Source: an uncultured virus (IMG/VR IMGVR_UViG_2061766007_000697) (lineage: Duplodnaviria > Heunggongvirae > Uroviricota > Caudoviricetes). Taken from it: 64,000 bases of DNA. The stretch lies in IMG/VR virus record IMGVR_UViG_2061766007_000697; one strand, written 5' to 3'. Of this stretch, positions 32,519 through 44,982 are shown piece by piece; the stretch's first letter is position 1; each line of letters starts with the position of its first letter. The notes under the pieces were generated by a model. The model was not told the origin of the DNA. It saw only the letters and a program-made list of their open reading frames with translations, and did no database searches. The translations under genes and the position numbers were made by a program.

Positions 32519-32996
32519 TGGAGTGGTGCCAAAGAACCTCAATGCTGATAATGTTGCAAGTCAACTAGAGGCATTGGAGACGTCTAATGGTGTTGCTCTT
32601 AGCGAGTATGGCTATGTTATGTATGTTTTGGAGCATGCTGGAGTGGGTGGTATTTATCATGGCCGATTATCAGATTCACAGCTGATGGATGGTTATGCGC
32701 AGGCTGCTAGGAAACATAAAGAAGATATGCCTGGTTTGTTGGTTAATGCCAAAAATTATGCAGAAAAGGTCTTCAATGTGATACAAGAGCCTTCGTTATT
32801 GATGCCACGTTTAGAGGGTATGTCCTTCCCATATGTATTATATGTGTTGTTCTCTGCACTCGGCCAGCCAGAGATGGTTGAATCCTATAAGACAGAGACA
32901 CAAGAGCTGATGGCACGCTATCCAGGCACTCTGGATATGCTACCAGAAAATCTAAAGAACAAAACAATGGAGGCGCTCAGTGCAGACATTGAATAA
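32472..32996 (+). CDS. Hypothetical protein
   Basis: ORF bridging the two helicase genes. Confidence 0.55.
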   Translation: MISSDRLRQTIQSILDGVVPKNLNADNVASQLEALETSNGVALSEYGYVMYVLEHAGVGGIYHGRLSDSQLMDGYAQAARKHKEDMPGLLVNAKNYAEKVFNVIQEPSLLMPRLEGMSFPYVLYVLFSALGQPEMVESYKTETQELMARYPGTLDMLPENLKNKTMEALSADIE

Positions 32997-34446
32997 TGCT
33001 GAGCTCGCCCTTCTCTCTATCCTTTCTTATCCAAAACTTGCTGTTAAATCCTTGAAACTGTATAGCAACAACGCTGTACTGTTCCCTAAAGCAGTTTGGG
33101 CTCATTTGGACCTTCTCTGGGAGGCCTATATGCGTACACTGGCTACTAACAGGGACAAGGGTTTTGCAATAAGTAAGGATGTTATCGCAGCAAATCTGTC
33201 GGAGGCTGTACAATCTGATCGCTATATGACAGATGATGGGCTTGAGAAGTGCGACTACATATTGCAGCGTTTCCTGAGTGGAGATGTACCGACTGAAGAG
33301 GAAGGTGTCGTCTTTGTTCAGAAGGTTGCACAGCTAGATGCCGGCAGAAAGTTAATGACGTCGATCAGTCAGAATCAGGACTTCGCACAGCTTGAGAAAG
33401 TCATCAGCACAGCCAAGCAGCAGGTTGAGGAAATTGCTCCAAGGAATGACGATAACACAAAAGTTGTCTACAGACCCTTTCAGGAGATAATGGATTTGAC
33501 TCCAGTTTCCCCGAAAATTCCTTGTGGGATCAATTGGCTCGATGAACTTACATCAGGTGGTGGAAGAGAGCAAGAAATCTGGCTTATCCTGGGAGGTACT
33601 TCAGGTGGAAAGACGGCCCTCACTGTGCAATATGCCGTATCTCAGGCACTTATGGGCAATCACACTGTCGCTGCCTCATTCGAGCAGAGTCTCACAGGCG
33701 ATATTGCAGAACGAATCATCTCGAACGTAACAGGTGAGAGCCTGGATAAGATCAGAGATAAAGGTTTTGTCAATCTGCCAGAGGACCTGCAAAGAAAGTT
33801 CTGGGCCTCTGTGGCGGGTGCTGATCAAAAGTACATCGCACTGGACATGACACACAAAGTAGCAAGTCCCTCCATCGATCCACAAGACAACGGTGGAGTC
33901 TATTCTGTGTGGCAGGAAGTCAAGAAACTCAAGGCACAGGGCTGCAACGTAAAGACGGTCTTGATCGACTGGCTCGGCGCTATGCTTGAGATCATCTCTG
34001 CATGCACAGGTAGGGAGCTTGAGAATGCTTTCCAGTTCATGGCTCAGCATGAGATCAACATTGCCCGCCAGATGGCGAAAGAGGAAAAGCTGCTTGTTAT
34101 CATCTTCCATCAGACAGATACCAAGACACAGCATGCAAAACCAGTGTACATACCAGATAAAACATGTGCGCTGAATATGCATTCTCTTTCGAACTTTTTC
34201 GACCTCTGTATTACTCTTGGCAACAAAGACTCGCATAATATTATGTGGGCCAATGGAGCCAAGGTCAGAAAGGGCAATAACATCTGTATGACAGTTAAAC
34301 TGGCTGGTGAGTACAGCAAGATCATACCGGCTCCAGGTTGGTACCCAAATACAGATGGTCAGTTCTACAACCCTGCTGAAGTGCAACTAGCGCCCCAGCA
34401 GCAACCAGAGAACGAGGTAACACCCTTCTCAAGGGAGATAGGATGA
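32980..34446 (+). CDS. DnaB-like replicative helicase
   Basis: LGGTSGGKT, SFEQ, VLIDW, FHQ motifs; upstream of primase. Confidence 0.8.
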   Translation: MQTLNNAELALLSILSYPKLAVKSLKLYSNNAVLFPKAVWAHLDLLWEAYMRTLATNRDKGFAISKDVIAANLSEAVQSDRYMTDDGLEKCDYILQRFLSGDVPTEEEGVVFVQKVAQLDAGRKLMTSISQNQDFAQLEKVISTAKQQVEEIAPRNDDNTKVVYRPFQEIMDLTPVSPKIPCGINWLDELTSGGGREQEIWLILGGTSGGKTALTVQYAVSQALMGNHTVAASFEQSLTGDIAERIISNVTGESLDKIRDKGFVNLPEDLQRKFWASVAGADQKYIALDMTHKVASPSIDPQDNGGVYSVWQEVKKLKAQGCNVKTVLIDWLGAMLEIISACTGRELENAFQFMAQHEINIARQMAKEEKLLVIIFHQTDTKTQHAKPVYIPDKTCALNMHSLSNFFDLCITLGNKDSHNIMWANGAKVRKGNNICMTVKLAGEYSKIIPAPGWYPNTDGQFYNPAEVQLAPQQQPENEVTPFSREIG

Positions 34447-34838
34447 CCCAAGACCAATTCGATAACCTTTATATGTTGATCCGAAAAGGCTGGACGAAAA
34501 AGCATGGCATTGTTGTTAGACTACAAACAGCAGAAGACGACAGACACCCTCTTCTGCTCTGCGTTGGCAGCTTATCCAATCCAGGACTTATAGCGACTAA
34601 CTGTAAGGTCTGGTGCGGTGATGATCTGCTATACGACGGTAAACTCAAAGACGCCAAACTGCTGGAGCTTCTTACTGATAAAGGAATTTGTCATGCCGAA
34701 GTTTCTACAGTCAGGCGCCTTGATGTAAGCAACGGTGTTTATACATGTCTTGGTGATCGCACGCTCTGTCAGAAACAGTGCAGCCTGCGCAAATCCAAGA
34801 AAGTCCAAATCGGATCGGTAGATGTGTTGATAAAGTGA
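34443..34838 (+). CDS. Hypothetical protein
   Basis: ORF coupled to the helicase stop. Confidence 0.5.
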   Translation: MTQDQFDNLYMLIRKGWTKKHGIVVRLQTAEDDRHPLLLCVGSLSNPGLIATNCKVWCGDDLLYDGKLKDAKLLELLTDKGICHAEVSTVRRLDVSNGVYTCLGDRTLCQKQCSLRKSKKVQIGSVDVLIK

Positions 34839-34842
34839 CACT

Positions 34843-35921
34843 ATGCTAAATCAACAACTATATGATGCCCTCCTCAAGATATTCGGCAAGGTCGAGGTCG
34901 CTAACGAGGGTATTCACTCACAAATCTATGTCAACCCAAATGGCACAGGTGACTGGTCAGTAGCTAAGGATGGCGAGGGCGGCGAAGAGTACCGCGTTAA
35001 CTGCCCTTTCTGCAGAGACCACAAAGGTCACTTGTATATTAGCCACATGTCCTACGCAGCACCAGTGGTGAATGGTATGCGTTTGCAGGTAGGCAGACTT
35101 CTTGCACACTGTTTCAGACGTGAATGTCTCAAGGACCCCAACAACAGGGACATCCTAGAAGGCAGGATCGGTATGGCAATGGCTGGTGAGGGGTCTGCAC
35201 CTGTTGTGGATATGTCGGCGCCTGATGAGGTTGAGATGGAACTTAATCTGTCTAATGAGCTGACACTAGAGGGTTTACGTACATGGATCCCGGACTGGCA
35301 GCTTATAGACGACAAAACAGATCCAGCAATACTGGAGTATCTGGAAGAAAGACGAATAACACAGGCCGATATTGACTGGCTCCATATCGGGTGGGGCCCA
35401 ATCAAGTCACTGCGCACTGGCGGATATCTGAATCACGGACATCCATGGGTGCTGTTTCCTGTGCTGCGAAACGGAAAGCTGGCTGGCGTACAAGCTAGAT
35501 GTCCTTCGCAATTCCTTGAGGCTGATGGAATTAAATATTACTTTCATCCGGCTTGCAGGAAGAAAACAATCGTCTTCAACCTTGATATAGCCAGACAGAT
35601 AGGAGTCGGTGTGCTCTGTGAAGGCGTGTTCGATGTTGCAGCTATAGGGAAACCTGGTGTCTGCATCTTTGGCCACACACCTAGTCTTACACAGAAGCGT
35701 CTGCTGGCTGCCNNNNNNNNNNNNNNNNNNNNNNNNNNNNNNNNNNNNAAGTAGCTGAATGGAATGCTGCTGGCGTGTTTCCCAAGGGTGCCCATGTGGT
35801 TACGCTGCCATTGAAAGATGCTGGCAGCATGACAAGACAGGCAATCTGGGAAACGATCTTGCAACAGGTACCGCCTGACATGCAGGAAACACTGCTGAAG
35901 GATGCGGTGCCAAAACTGTGA
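34843..35921 (+). CDS. DNA primase (zinc finger + TOPRIM)
   Basis: CPFC..H, CFRREC, LCEGVFD, KDAG. Confidence 0.85.
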
Positions 35922-35932
35922 AAGGAGGATGT

Positions 35933-38900
35933 GTGGAATCACTCGCCACCACTGATGTTCACATCAAGAACGTGTTCGACGGGCCGGTAGAAGTCAAGTT
36001 ATGGACCAAAGCCGACCCGTTTCCGCCACTTGGTACCGAAGTTGGGGTCGATACCGAGACTGAACTGATAACAGAAACTAACTTGGCGCCTCCATTGGTA
36101 GTGCTCGGAGTTTTCGATCCGCAAAGCGCTACATGCTGGATAAGCTATTGGGAGGACGCTGCAGTGTTCATCAATCAGTTGAGTAATATGGAAGTACGGC
36201 AATATTATTTCAATCTCGGCTTTGATGAACAGGTCCTTGATAATGAGGACAAAGACAAGGCCCTTATGGACGCAATAGAATACGGTCGTGTCCGCGATAT
36301 GCAAATACGGACGCAGCTGTATGATATTGCTACCATAGGGTNNNNNNNNNNNNNNNNNNNNNNNNNNNNNNNNCTTGATAAAGGTGAGAAAGATGATCCT
36401 GAATCACATCGTCTTACTTTCAGGAGAGGGACGCCAATAACAAAGAAACAGGCTGTCTATCTGGCATGGGACTGCATCTCTACGTATAGCATAAGTAAAG
36501 CTGTAAGTGAGCAGCCTACTGAAGTCCAACATACAAAAGGAATGTGTGTTCTGGCACACATCAGTGCTAATGGCTTCCCAGTGGATATGCGTGTGTTTAA
36601 TGCCTTTGAAAGGAAACTGCAAGCGCAGAAGGATGAATATCGTCTTAAACTGCTTGACTTCGGCTTCCCGGATCCATACGGTAAGAACCGCGACGAAAAC
36701 GGAGAATATAAAGAGTTTGTTTCCGTACAAGCAGAACAATTTATATCTTTGGTAAAGAATCGTGGAGAATTCGGTCAACTCAATCTATGCAAAGGAAACA
36801 TCCGTATGGCGTTGCTGTACATGTACAACTTTGCGGACGATAACAAGCATTGGGCGGACTTTGAGGAGAGCTGCGCGTACTGGCTCACCTGCGATAAGCC
36901 CAAGGCACTGAGGAAGGCTGAAAAAGAGTTGTTCAACAAGATGCTGGATGAGATAGACGGCTTTGAGTCTTATTTCGCAGCAGGTAAGGAGATCGTAATG
37001 AATGCGCTGTTGGGACACGTTCTTGAAGATCTACTTACCCAACAGGAGACCAAGGCAGAGAAAGGCTACGATTTCAAACAGGCAGCTGCACATGCCGCAG
37101 AGGTCATAGACGACAATTCACACTGGTTGAACAACGAAAAGCAAGTAGGTCCAAAAGTATTTCTTCAGCAACATATCGAAGGGCTACTAAAACAAAACCC
37201 AAAGCTAGTCCTCGAGAAAACAGAGAAGTCTGGTGAGTACAAACTGACTCTCAAGGACATGTGGCGCTTAGATGATTTAGGAATCAAGGATCCGTTCATC
37301 GATTGTCTGACTCATTTCAAGCACGCAGAAAAGCTGTTAAGCACCTACTTGAACAAAGAATATGTAAAAGAGGATGGCAAGATACATTCGCACTTCCAGA
37401 ACCTGATGCGAACAGGCCGCACCTCTTCCAACTCACCCAANNNNNNNNNNNNNNNNNNNNNNNNNNNNNNNNNNNNNNNNNNNNNNNNNNNNNNATATAA
37501 GGATAAGCCTATGATTCCTAGACGTAAATGTGAAATTTGCGGGTCTTCTATAGATCCGGACACTGTTCGCACAAGAAAGCGTGCAGGTAAAAGCATAATA
37601 TGCAGAAACTGCATAGATGTTGAAAGAGCGTTGCAGAGAGCATATAGAATAGTGTTAAAGAAAGAGGCTCTTAGTAAGAAGACCTGTGTTATATGTGGTG
37701 GTCCTATACCGTGGAAAGACATGTATGACAGGAAGTCAGAAAAGTATTGGCCAGAGACTTGTTCGCCATATTGCCATGNNNNNNNNNNNNNNNNNNAGAA
37801 TAAACTCAAAGAATATCTGTTACAGGTAGGTCACCCTTGTACACACGATCAGGCATTACATGGATCGCATCTTGCTAGTAAAGTCTTAACAAAGCTAGGT
37901 GTAAGTATATTAGCGGTACAAAAAGAGCTGTTTGGTTTACAGGTTGATAGAGTGCACGCGGATATCAACCAGGTTGAGCCAATAACAGCTCCGGAACTGC
38001 AGGATCTTGTTGCTAAGTATGGTATAGATGCTTGCTCATATGCTGAGTTTTGTGATAAAGTAATAACTAAGCACGAAACCGACAATTATGCAATAACACC
38101 AGGTCTTGTAGAGGACCTCTATTTATCTTATATAGGACATGTCGGCCATTATGTTCCTAAAGTGGTCATTATAAAGGGATTGTTCCATGATAAGTGGGCA
38201 GTAAGGAATGCAGCTATAAATATAGATTCCATTAGCATTAACTGGAAAATGGGCTACAGGGATCCAAAGAGATCCTGGTATGAGATAGAAGCTGGTTTAT
38301 ACTTAAGGAAGCTGTTTGGGCATAAAAATGTAAGCGCAGAGCATACATTCACTGACTGTAGATCTAATAAGAACTTTCCATTGCGGTTTGATTTCTATGT
38401 ACCATATCATAGACTTCTGGTAGAGATTGATGGAGAGCAGCACACAGATAAGAACAACGCTTTCTATACAGAACAGTTAGCTGCAAATGACAGAATAAAG
38501 AAGGATTATGCAGAGCAGAACGGGTACACACTGGTTCGTGTACCTACAATGCCTAGATTCACATTTACGTCAAGATTAGAAAAGGCAATTATGGATGTTG
38601 TAAAACCCGCTGAATTGCTGGAACCCCTAACGGAGAATGCCGAGGGCAATCAGCAGCCAAGATCAGATGATGAGTTCGACGTGCAGCCGGATCTCGGATT
38701 TTGATAAGGCTCAGAGACCATCGAAAAGCGCTTATAGCGAACCCAGTAGAGTAGGCAGTAACGGCTGTCGAAGCGGCGGGGGCATTATGCCAAGATATGG
38801 TCCGGCACTCCTGGAAACAGGAGGCTAAATACGTAATAGCAAAACTGTAAACAGAATTTGCCTAGTAGGGATGCTACATTCCCTATCAAGAACATATTCA

Positions 38901-40114
38901 GAGCTCCGGAAGGGGNNNNNNNNNNNNNNNNNNNNNNNNNNNNNAAGCATGTTACAGCAGATTCGGATTTTCTGTGATGAGGGATGTTATTAATGCCGGG
39001 CTGGATCCACATAGATGGTTTGCCGGTGTTATGAATAAAATCATCACACCAGATCTCAAAAACAAGGATGACCCAGAGTGGGTAGATAAAACATCAAAAT
39101 TCTTGAAGGAAAATGTTACCTCTGAGCAGAGGCAGCATGCCAAGGCTAAAATCGTTGGCCCTTTAACTAGAGATAGTTATAGCAAAGAAAGTGGAGTGCA
39201 AGGAAGCCTAAACAGTAATGCATGGTTACTTGCAGCCGAGCCTATAGATGGACAGATCGCCCGNNNNNNNNNNNNNNNNNNNNNNNNNNNNNAGTCCATA
39301 CGGACGTACACACAAGCGTGTGGAAGCACTCCTGCTCAGGAATGGGTAGATTACATAGTCGATACACATATGAAAGTATGTGCAGGATATTCCTGGATAC
39401 TGCGTAGCGAACAGTATTAAATGTATAGGCAAATTTCGGTTTTCCAGGCGCGATGGGGGCTGTTACTTTCTATAAAAATTGTAGAGAGTCCGGCCTAAAA
39501 ATAACTTTGGCTGATGCCGAGGCAATGNNNNNNNNNNNNNNNNNNNNNNNNNNNNNNNNNNNNNNNNNNNNNNNTTCAAGGAGATGTCGTTACATATGCA
39601 GGCGCAACCGGCAAAGAATATAGGTTTGGCAGCAAAAATGTACGGCATAGGTAGACAGACCGACTCAGACGAGGAGGAAGAAGACCCGGCAGAAAGGGGT
39701 AAACAAATATATTGTGCTCAACTGGTTTGCGGGCAGCTCAGAAATCGCTGTTCTTGGAACTCAGCGGCCAATTTTCATTTTCAGGCGTTAACCGCGCTTT
39801 GTGTGAAGCAGGCAGGATGGAACCTTATGTATAATGGTTATGCAGACAGGCTTCTTAATCTGATTCACGATGAATATGTTTACTGGCTGTGGCCCAATGA
39901 GTTACAAACTCATATTCCTATCATTGAGTCGCTAATGTTAGATGCAACTCACGTTTGGATGCCAGACATTCATGTAAGTCTGGAAACATCTGTAATGAGG
40001 CATTGGGATAAGCATGCTACGCCCTATGCCGAGCTGCAGTTCTCTGAAAATGGCTCACCTCTAATAGATGAGCCCCCGTTTGTGAAAGAACTATTAACCA
40101 AGAAAGGTGCCTAA
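35933..40114 (+). CDS. polA: Family A DNA polymerase split by two group I introns
   Basis: Exo VDTETE; RTGRTSS..P(N)..QNLP; motif B RQHAKA|ANFG; motif C IHDE. Confidence 0.9.
37441..38850 (+). mobile_element. Group I intron 1 in polA carrying an endonuclease ORF (boundaries approximate; 5' site in gap)
   Basis: P gaattgctggaa (~38612), Q aatcagcagcc (~38648), R ctcagagacca (~38710), S aagatatggtcc (~38792); polA resumes QNLPSR. Confidence 0.88.
37511..38704 (+). CDS. Intron-encoded PD-(D/E)xK (Vsr/DUF559-like) homing endonuclease with CxxC fingers
   Basis: CEICG, CVICG; LRFDFYVPYHRLLVEIDGEQH...D..K..YA...GY.LVR. Confidence 0.8.
   Translation: MIPRRKCEICGSSIDPDTVRTRKRAGKSIICRNCIDVERALQRAYRIVLKKEALSKKTCVICGGPIPWKDMYDRKSEKYWPETCSPYCHXXXXXXXNKLKEYLLQVGHPCTHDQALHGSHLASKVLTKLGVSILAVQKELFGLQVDRVHADINQVEPITAPELQDLVAKYGIDACSYAEFCDKVITKHETDNYAITPGLVEDLYLSYIGHVGHYVPKVVIIKGLFHDKWAVRNAAINIDSISINWKMGYRDPKRSWYEIEAGLYLRKLFGHKNVSAEHTFTDCRSNKNFPLRFDFYVPYHRLLVEIDGEQHTDKNNAFYTEQLAANDRIKKDYAEQNGYTLVRVPTMPRFTFTSRLEKAIMDVVKPAELLEPLTENAEGNQQPRSDDEFDVQPDLGF
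39148..39428 (+). mobile_element. Group I intron 2 in polA (no ORF), in motif B
   Basis: Removal joins AAG GCT|GCA AAT TTC GGT (KA|ANFG); exon U at 5' site, terminal G; P gtgcaaggaa, Q tacttgcagcc, S acatagtc. Confidence 0.88.
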
Positions 40115-40120
40115 CATCAA

Positions 40121-41525
40121 ATGTATGAGGCATTCCAACAACCGGCCCAACGGTCTTACACACCGTGGCTCTCATTTGTGAAACAGAAGTATCGTAAGGG
40201 ATATGACATCCCTGGTCTCGCCTACCAGACAAACGGCATCAAGTCGTTTACCTGCTGGAACACCAAGCCCTCTGTGCTCAGGATCCTTCCTGGCTACAAC
40301 CCGGCCACCGGTGAGATCTTCCCGCAAAACGTGAAGTGCAACGAGTATTCCACCGATGGTTCTTATGCCGACCATCTGTCAGATACCTTCATGACGTCTT
40401 CCATGGTGGTCAACTTCGGCCAGCAGGGAATGACTTTCCTCACCTCCTACGCGCCAGGTTCTCCTGATGCACAGAAGTGGGGTGGTTCCACTGTATTCAA
40501 GATCTTCACCAAGAACATCTCCAATTCGGTCATGGCTGCCTCAAACGGTAAGAAGGCGCGCTTTGGCGTGACTAATGAGATGCGCCAGTGGTGTGATCCT
40601 ATGCACGGCCCGCTGAAGTATGATCACATGGGTCTGCTTATGCAGGCGCTGGTGTTCACGATCAACGGTCGTGACAACAACGATGCCGAAGGAAGGCCGC
40701 TGCTTGACAGCGAAGGCAACCCGCTGCCTGTGCTTGCTGTCGTGGCCGTGGATAACAAGTCGTCGATCGCTGCACTTATGCAGGCGCTTGTCGAGCCGAT
40801 GAATCCTGGGCTTCCGCTTGATCCGGCAACTAACAACCGTTACGGGGCCATGGCTGCACTCGACGCCAATGTTTTGTACCTGAATCCCGTTGACAACCCC
40901 AATGGAAAGGGTCATATGCTGCGTCCGTCTGTTCAGGGTGCTGGCAAGGGATGGACTCCTACGCCGTTCCCGCTAACAGCTGAAGATGTAAAGTCGCTGT
41001 GGATTCCCTGGGACGAGCTTCTCCAGTATATGACTGCGGAAGAGCAGCTCAAGTATCTGGCGGGTGAGTTCGGTGCTGACAGTGTGAACTATTTCATCGG
41101 TACCGATCCAATCTTTGCAGGCAAGCTTGAAATTCCGGCTGAAATCGCTAATGCAGGCTTCGGTCGCTATCAGCAGTTTGTAAATGGTGAAAAGGCATCG
41201 CGTCCTGCTCCGCTTACTTCTGGCTTCTCGAGTGCTGCGCCTGTGAACAGGGCTGCATTTGGTATCCCTAAGGCTGCGGTGGCGGCTGTAAAGACTCCTC
41301 CNNNNNNNNNNNNNNNNNNNNNNNNNNNNNNNNNAGTCGAAACCTGCTGGGCTGTCTGGGCTGCGTCCCAATAGCACGATTGACCAGGACAAGCTGAAAG
41401 CTGCACTGTCCGGTATTCGCTCTGCAACGGGCCAGAGCAACCAGGCATCTATGGCAGCGAACCTCCTGAACGACACGGATCTCGGTGATTACCAGGATCC
41501 GCTGCCTGATGAGGAAACGTTCTGA
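40121..41525 (+). CDS. Putative ssDNA-binding protein
   Basis: Between polA and recA; VLRILPG; low-complexity linker and acidic tail ending DEETF. Confidence 0.5.
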
Positions 41526-42788
41526 TGGCAATCTCAGCAATTCACAACATGATCGAGGGCCTGAGGAAAGCCGACAGTTCTGGTATCATGGTCACAGTGA
41601 AAGAGCTCAAGNNNNNNNNNNNNNNNNCTCGCTCACTATGCCCAGCAGTATCTGTTCGGCAGCACAGGTCTTCGTATCAAGGTCTTTAACAGCATCTCTG
41701 GCCTGCCACAAGCATGTAAGTCACCGCTGCTGTTCGATCTGATGGGTCACGTGTGTGCATCACCAGAACACGGCGGGCTTGGTGGGCTTGGCTTCCTGTA
41801 CGAGCTCGAGGATAAGATCAGTCCGACTCTGCTGGCCGGTGTGATGGCAAACTATGGAGAAGACGTGTATGAGCGCTTCAATGTAGTGAAAGATCGCACT
41901 CTGGATCAGGCGTTTGAACATCTGTGCAAGCAGATCATTCCTGCCTATCGTAAGAACCTTGGTGCCTGTGAGTGTCCCATTATCATCGGGTTTGACTCTA
42001 TCGGTGGTGCAGCAGCANNNNNNNNNNNNNNNNTGTCGGTAAGGGCTTCCACGAGAAGGCACACTGGATGAAATATTTCTGCGAGAATGCATCAGCTCTC
42101 ATCGGTAACATCCCAATGGTGATTGTTTGTATCAACCAGGAAAAGGAAGCTGCAGCAGCTGCTTATGGTCCTCCTCAGAAGACGATCACTGGTGGTAAGT
42201 CTCAGGTCTTCAAAGACGGCCACATGATTTCCAGTAGTTATAAAACACTGGCTTCTGGAGACGGCAAGCTTCTGACNNNNNNNNNNNNNNNNNNNNNNNT
42301 TCAGTGATGCGCGCAAGATCGAAGTCGCATTCCGTTGGAACAAGTATGGTGCGACTGATCCTGATACAGACGCCTACAATCATCACTTTGAGTGGGCGCT
42401 TGCATCTGCAAAATGTATAGCAGATCCTGAAAAGGGTGTAGGTGAGATCCGTGATATCTGCGATGTAAAAGTGGCAGACAGTGGTCTTGTGACATGTCCT
42501 ACTTTCGGACTCAGAAGCGTACCAGCAGAAGAGTTTGAAGCAGCACTCTTTGACAGCGCCAATGAAAAGACGCTTAATGCACTTTACCAGTACCAGAAGA
42601 TCGAAAAGATCAAGGATCTGGAGGCATACAAGGCATTCGTTAAGAGCCGCAAAGATGGTACATTCCATGCAACGCCAGAAGAACAGCCTACGGTGACTGT
42701 GGCCAAACGGCGCGGAAGAAAACCAGCAACCTCCAATGATGCTGCAGATGAGACTCCTGCACAAGAGCCTCAGTCAGAAGAAGCATAA
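41525..42788 (+). CDS. recA: RecA/UvsX-like recombinase (joined across gaps)
   Basis: GLPQACKS Walker A-like, ELE, IGFDSIG, CINQ, ITGG. Confidence 0.75.
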
Positions 42789-43297
42789 TGGAAGGTCTTC
42801 AAGGTTTTCTTGGCGATATCGGTGCGGCCTATAAAGAACAACGCAGACAGCAAAGAAGTAACGACATCATCGACTTCATTGTCGCCAACTGGAAGTTCTT
42901 CACACCGACACGTGCAGCCATGAACGCCCTTGTTTCCCAGCTGGGCCAGCAGGTTCCATATACTGTGGATGCCCTCTGTGACCGGCTGGGTTTACCTAAT
43001 AACGTTTATTTCAAGCGTTCGCCGGTAGCAGACATTGGCGGCACACTGTTAGACTTTGAGAAGAGTAAACTCTTTGAGCTGTTCCAAGGTTGTCTTAAGA
43101 ATCACCGTGAAGCCTGTCTCTTTGTAGTAGCAGGCAAGAAGTCAGTTGTAATCACCAATATGCAGCTGCACTTCGAGACGGTGAAGTATGACTTCCGCTA
43201 TTGGGATGGCGATCACGAGATCCATATTTTCAAAGCATCCGAAGCAGCCGAAAGGTTGCCTAACCTGTTTAATCCAAAGGAAAGTTCTTATGACTGA
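42788..43297 (+). CDS. Hypothetical protein
   Basis: Translationally coupled ORF. Confidence 0.55.
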   Translation: MEGLQGFLGDIGAAYKEQRRQQRSNDIIDFIVANWKFFTPTRAAMNALVSQLGQQVPYTVDALCDRLGLPNNVYFKRSPVADIGGTLLDFEKSKLFELFQGCLKNHREACLFVVAGKKSVVITNMQLHFETVKYDFRYWDGDHEIHIFKASEAAERLPNLFNPKESSYD

Positions 43298-44291
43298 AGC
43301 AGAACTCGTTCCCGATGAGGTTACAGACATTACTGTCGCTACATCGGCTGACATTGTGTTGGCCGNNNNNNNNNNNNNNNNNNNNNNNNNNNNNNNNNNN
43401 NNNNNNNNNNNNNNNNNCAGAGTATTCGGCGGCTTTACTTACGATGACACCACCGACTACAGCAAGGAATTCAAGGATCCAGAAGAAGTGGCCGATTATG
43501 CAGATGATTGCCTCGGACAGATCAAAGATGTCCAGACACAGGGCACAGCTGTTAAGCTGACCAAATCCTCTGCAGCGCTGGCTTATTTCTGGTTCCTTGG
43601 TGCTAAGATTAACAATGTGCTTGAGCATGCTAAATACGGCAACGGCGCAGTTAACAAGATCGCAGCACGAATGAAGAAATCGGTTCCGTTCGTCTATCAG
43701 ATCCGTGCTGTAGCAACCAATCTTACAAGGCAGGACGCATATCTGCTTGGTATGCGCGAATGCTGCAGCACTACGACGTTGCGCAAGCTTGCACAGATCC
43801 GTGACGCAGATCGCAGACGCCAGATCATTGATGTCTTCATTAATGAGACCCAGGACATGGCTGATGCTACCAGAATGGAACGTGCAGTTAAAGCGTTCCG
43901 TATGGCCATCAATGAAGCTCTTAAGCATGTTGACACCATCGAGCAGGATACAACTAATCCCGAAGCAGTGGTGGACAGCGATGCTGAGCTGGTCAATGCC
44001 TCTTATGCGGCAGCTATGGAAGCTATCAGACTTCTGAACGGTGCGACCAAGAAGCTGGCTGCAGAAGAGACTGTGTTCAAGGTCTGCGATGCTATGGGTG
44101 ATCTGGCTATTACAGAGACTGTGCCTAATGCAGATGATTGGCTTGCAAGGATTAAAGAGGAGATCACTGCAGCCAAGGATCAAGCATTGACAGCCAAGTC
44201 GAATATCGACGATATGCTTGTAGAGCTTGACAGCGCGCTCCAGATCGAGGTGCTCAGAAATGAGACCACCGACGGCGAGCTCGATATCTAA
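43290..44291 (+). CDS. Hypothetical helical protein
   Basis: aagga RBS; long ORF. Confidence 0.6.
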   Translation: MTEAELVPDEVTDITVATSADIVLAXXXXXXXXXXXXXXXXXXRVFGGFTYDDTTDYSKEFKDPEEVADYADDCLGQIKDVQTQGTAVKLTKSSAALAYFWFLGAKINNVLEHAKYGNGAVNKIAARMKKSVPFVYQIRAVATNLTRQDAYLLGMRECCSTTTLRKLAQIRDADRRRQIIDVFINETQDMADATRMERAVKAFRMAINEALKHVDTIEQDTTNPEAVVDSDAELVNASYAAAMEAIRLLNGATKKLAAEETVFKVCDAMGDLAITETVPNADDWLARIKEEITAAKDQALTAKSNIDDMLVELDSALQIEVLRNETTDGELDI

Positions 44292-44982
44292 ACGGCTGGC
44301 TTTGTGTAAAGAACAATTGCAGTCATTGGCTGGCAAGATGTGTGACAAGCATGTCTTGTCAGCCTTCTGTAACTACATAATAGCGGCTTGCACAAAGCAA
44401 AAGCTTGAACAGCAACAGCTGGCAGCACTTGAACAGTCAACAGACCACCTATTAAACCAGGTTCTTACACAGGAACTCATAGATGCCAATACATATAGGG
44501 TGCTGGCTAACTGGCACTTCATTATGGAGGGCATGGCGATACCTGTGTGGACTGGTGAGCGCACAGATGCAGAGGTGTTGTTCTTGGGGGTTTCTAAGAA
44601 GCGTATAATGGCCAATAATAAGTTATATCTTCAAGTGAGCCTCAAATTAAGAACAGGCTTGGCAGCTGGCATAATATATAGGGTCCGTTTCACGCCCAGG
44701 CAAATATCCTTCTTTCTAGGTAAACACTCTGGAACCAAAAAGCTGAATTGCGCTATCGAAGAAATAAGCGGCATGAAAGCATCTTTGGTGATAGAGATGC
44801 AGGGAGATGAGATATCGGTCATTGATTGGAAGTGCACAGCAGACCAGAAGACATATAACAGGAAGCTGGCAGAAGCAAGAAGGGATGCACGCAAATGCGC
44901 CACATTCATTCCTTGCAATACCTGCCCACAGACGACCCAGCAGTGTAACCTGGCAATCTGGCTTCCAGAAGAGGTTTCGTAA
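44260..44982 (+). CDS. Hypothetical protein with C-terminal Cys cluster
   Basis: ORF ending CATFIPCNTC...C; start uncertain. Confidence 0.55.
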   Translation: MRPPTASSISKRLALCKEQLQSLAGKMCDKHVLSAFCNYIIAACTKQKLEQQQLAALEQSTDHLLNQVLTQELIDANTYRVLANWHFIMEGMAIPVWTGERTDAEVLFLGVSKKRIMANNKLYLQVSLKLRTGLAAGIIYRVRFTPRQISFFLGKHSGTKKLNCAIEEISGMKASLVIEMQGDEISVIDWKCTADQKTYNRKLAEARRDARKCATFIPCNTCPQTTQQCNLAIWLPEEVS

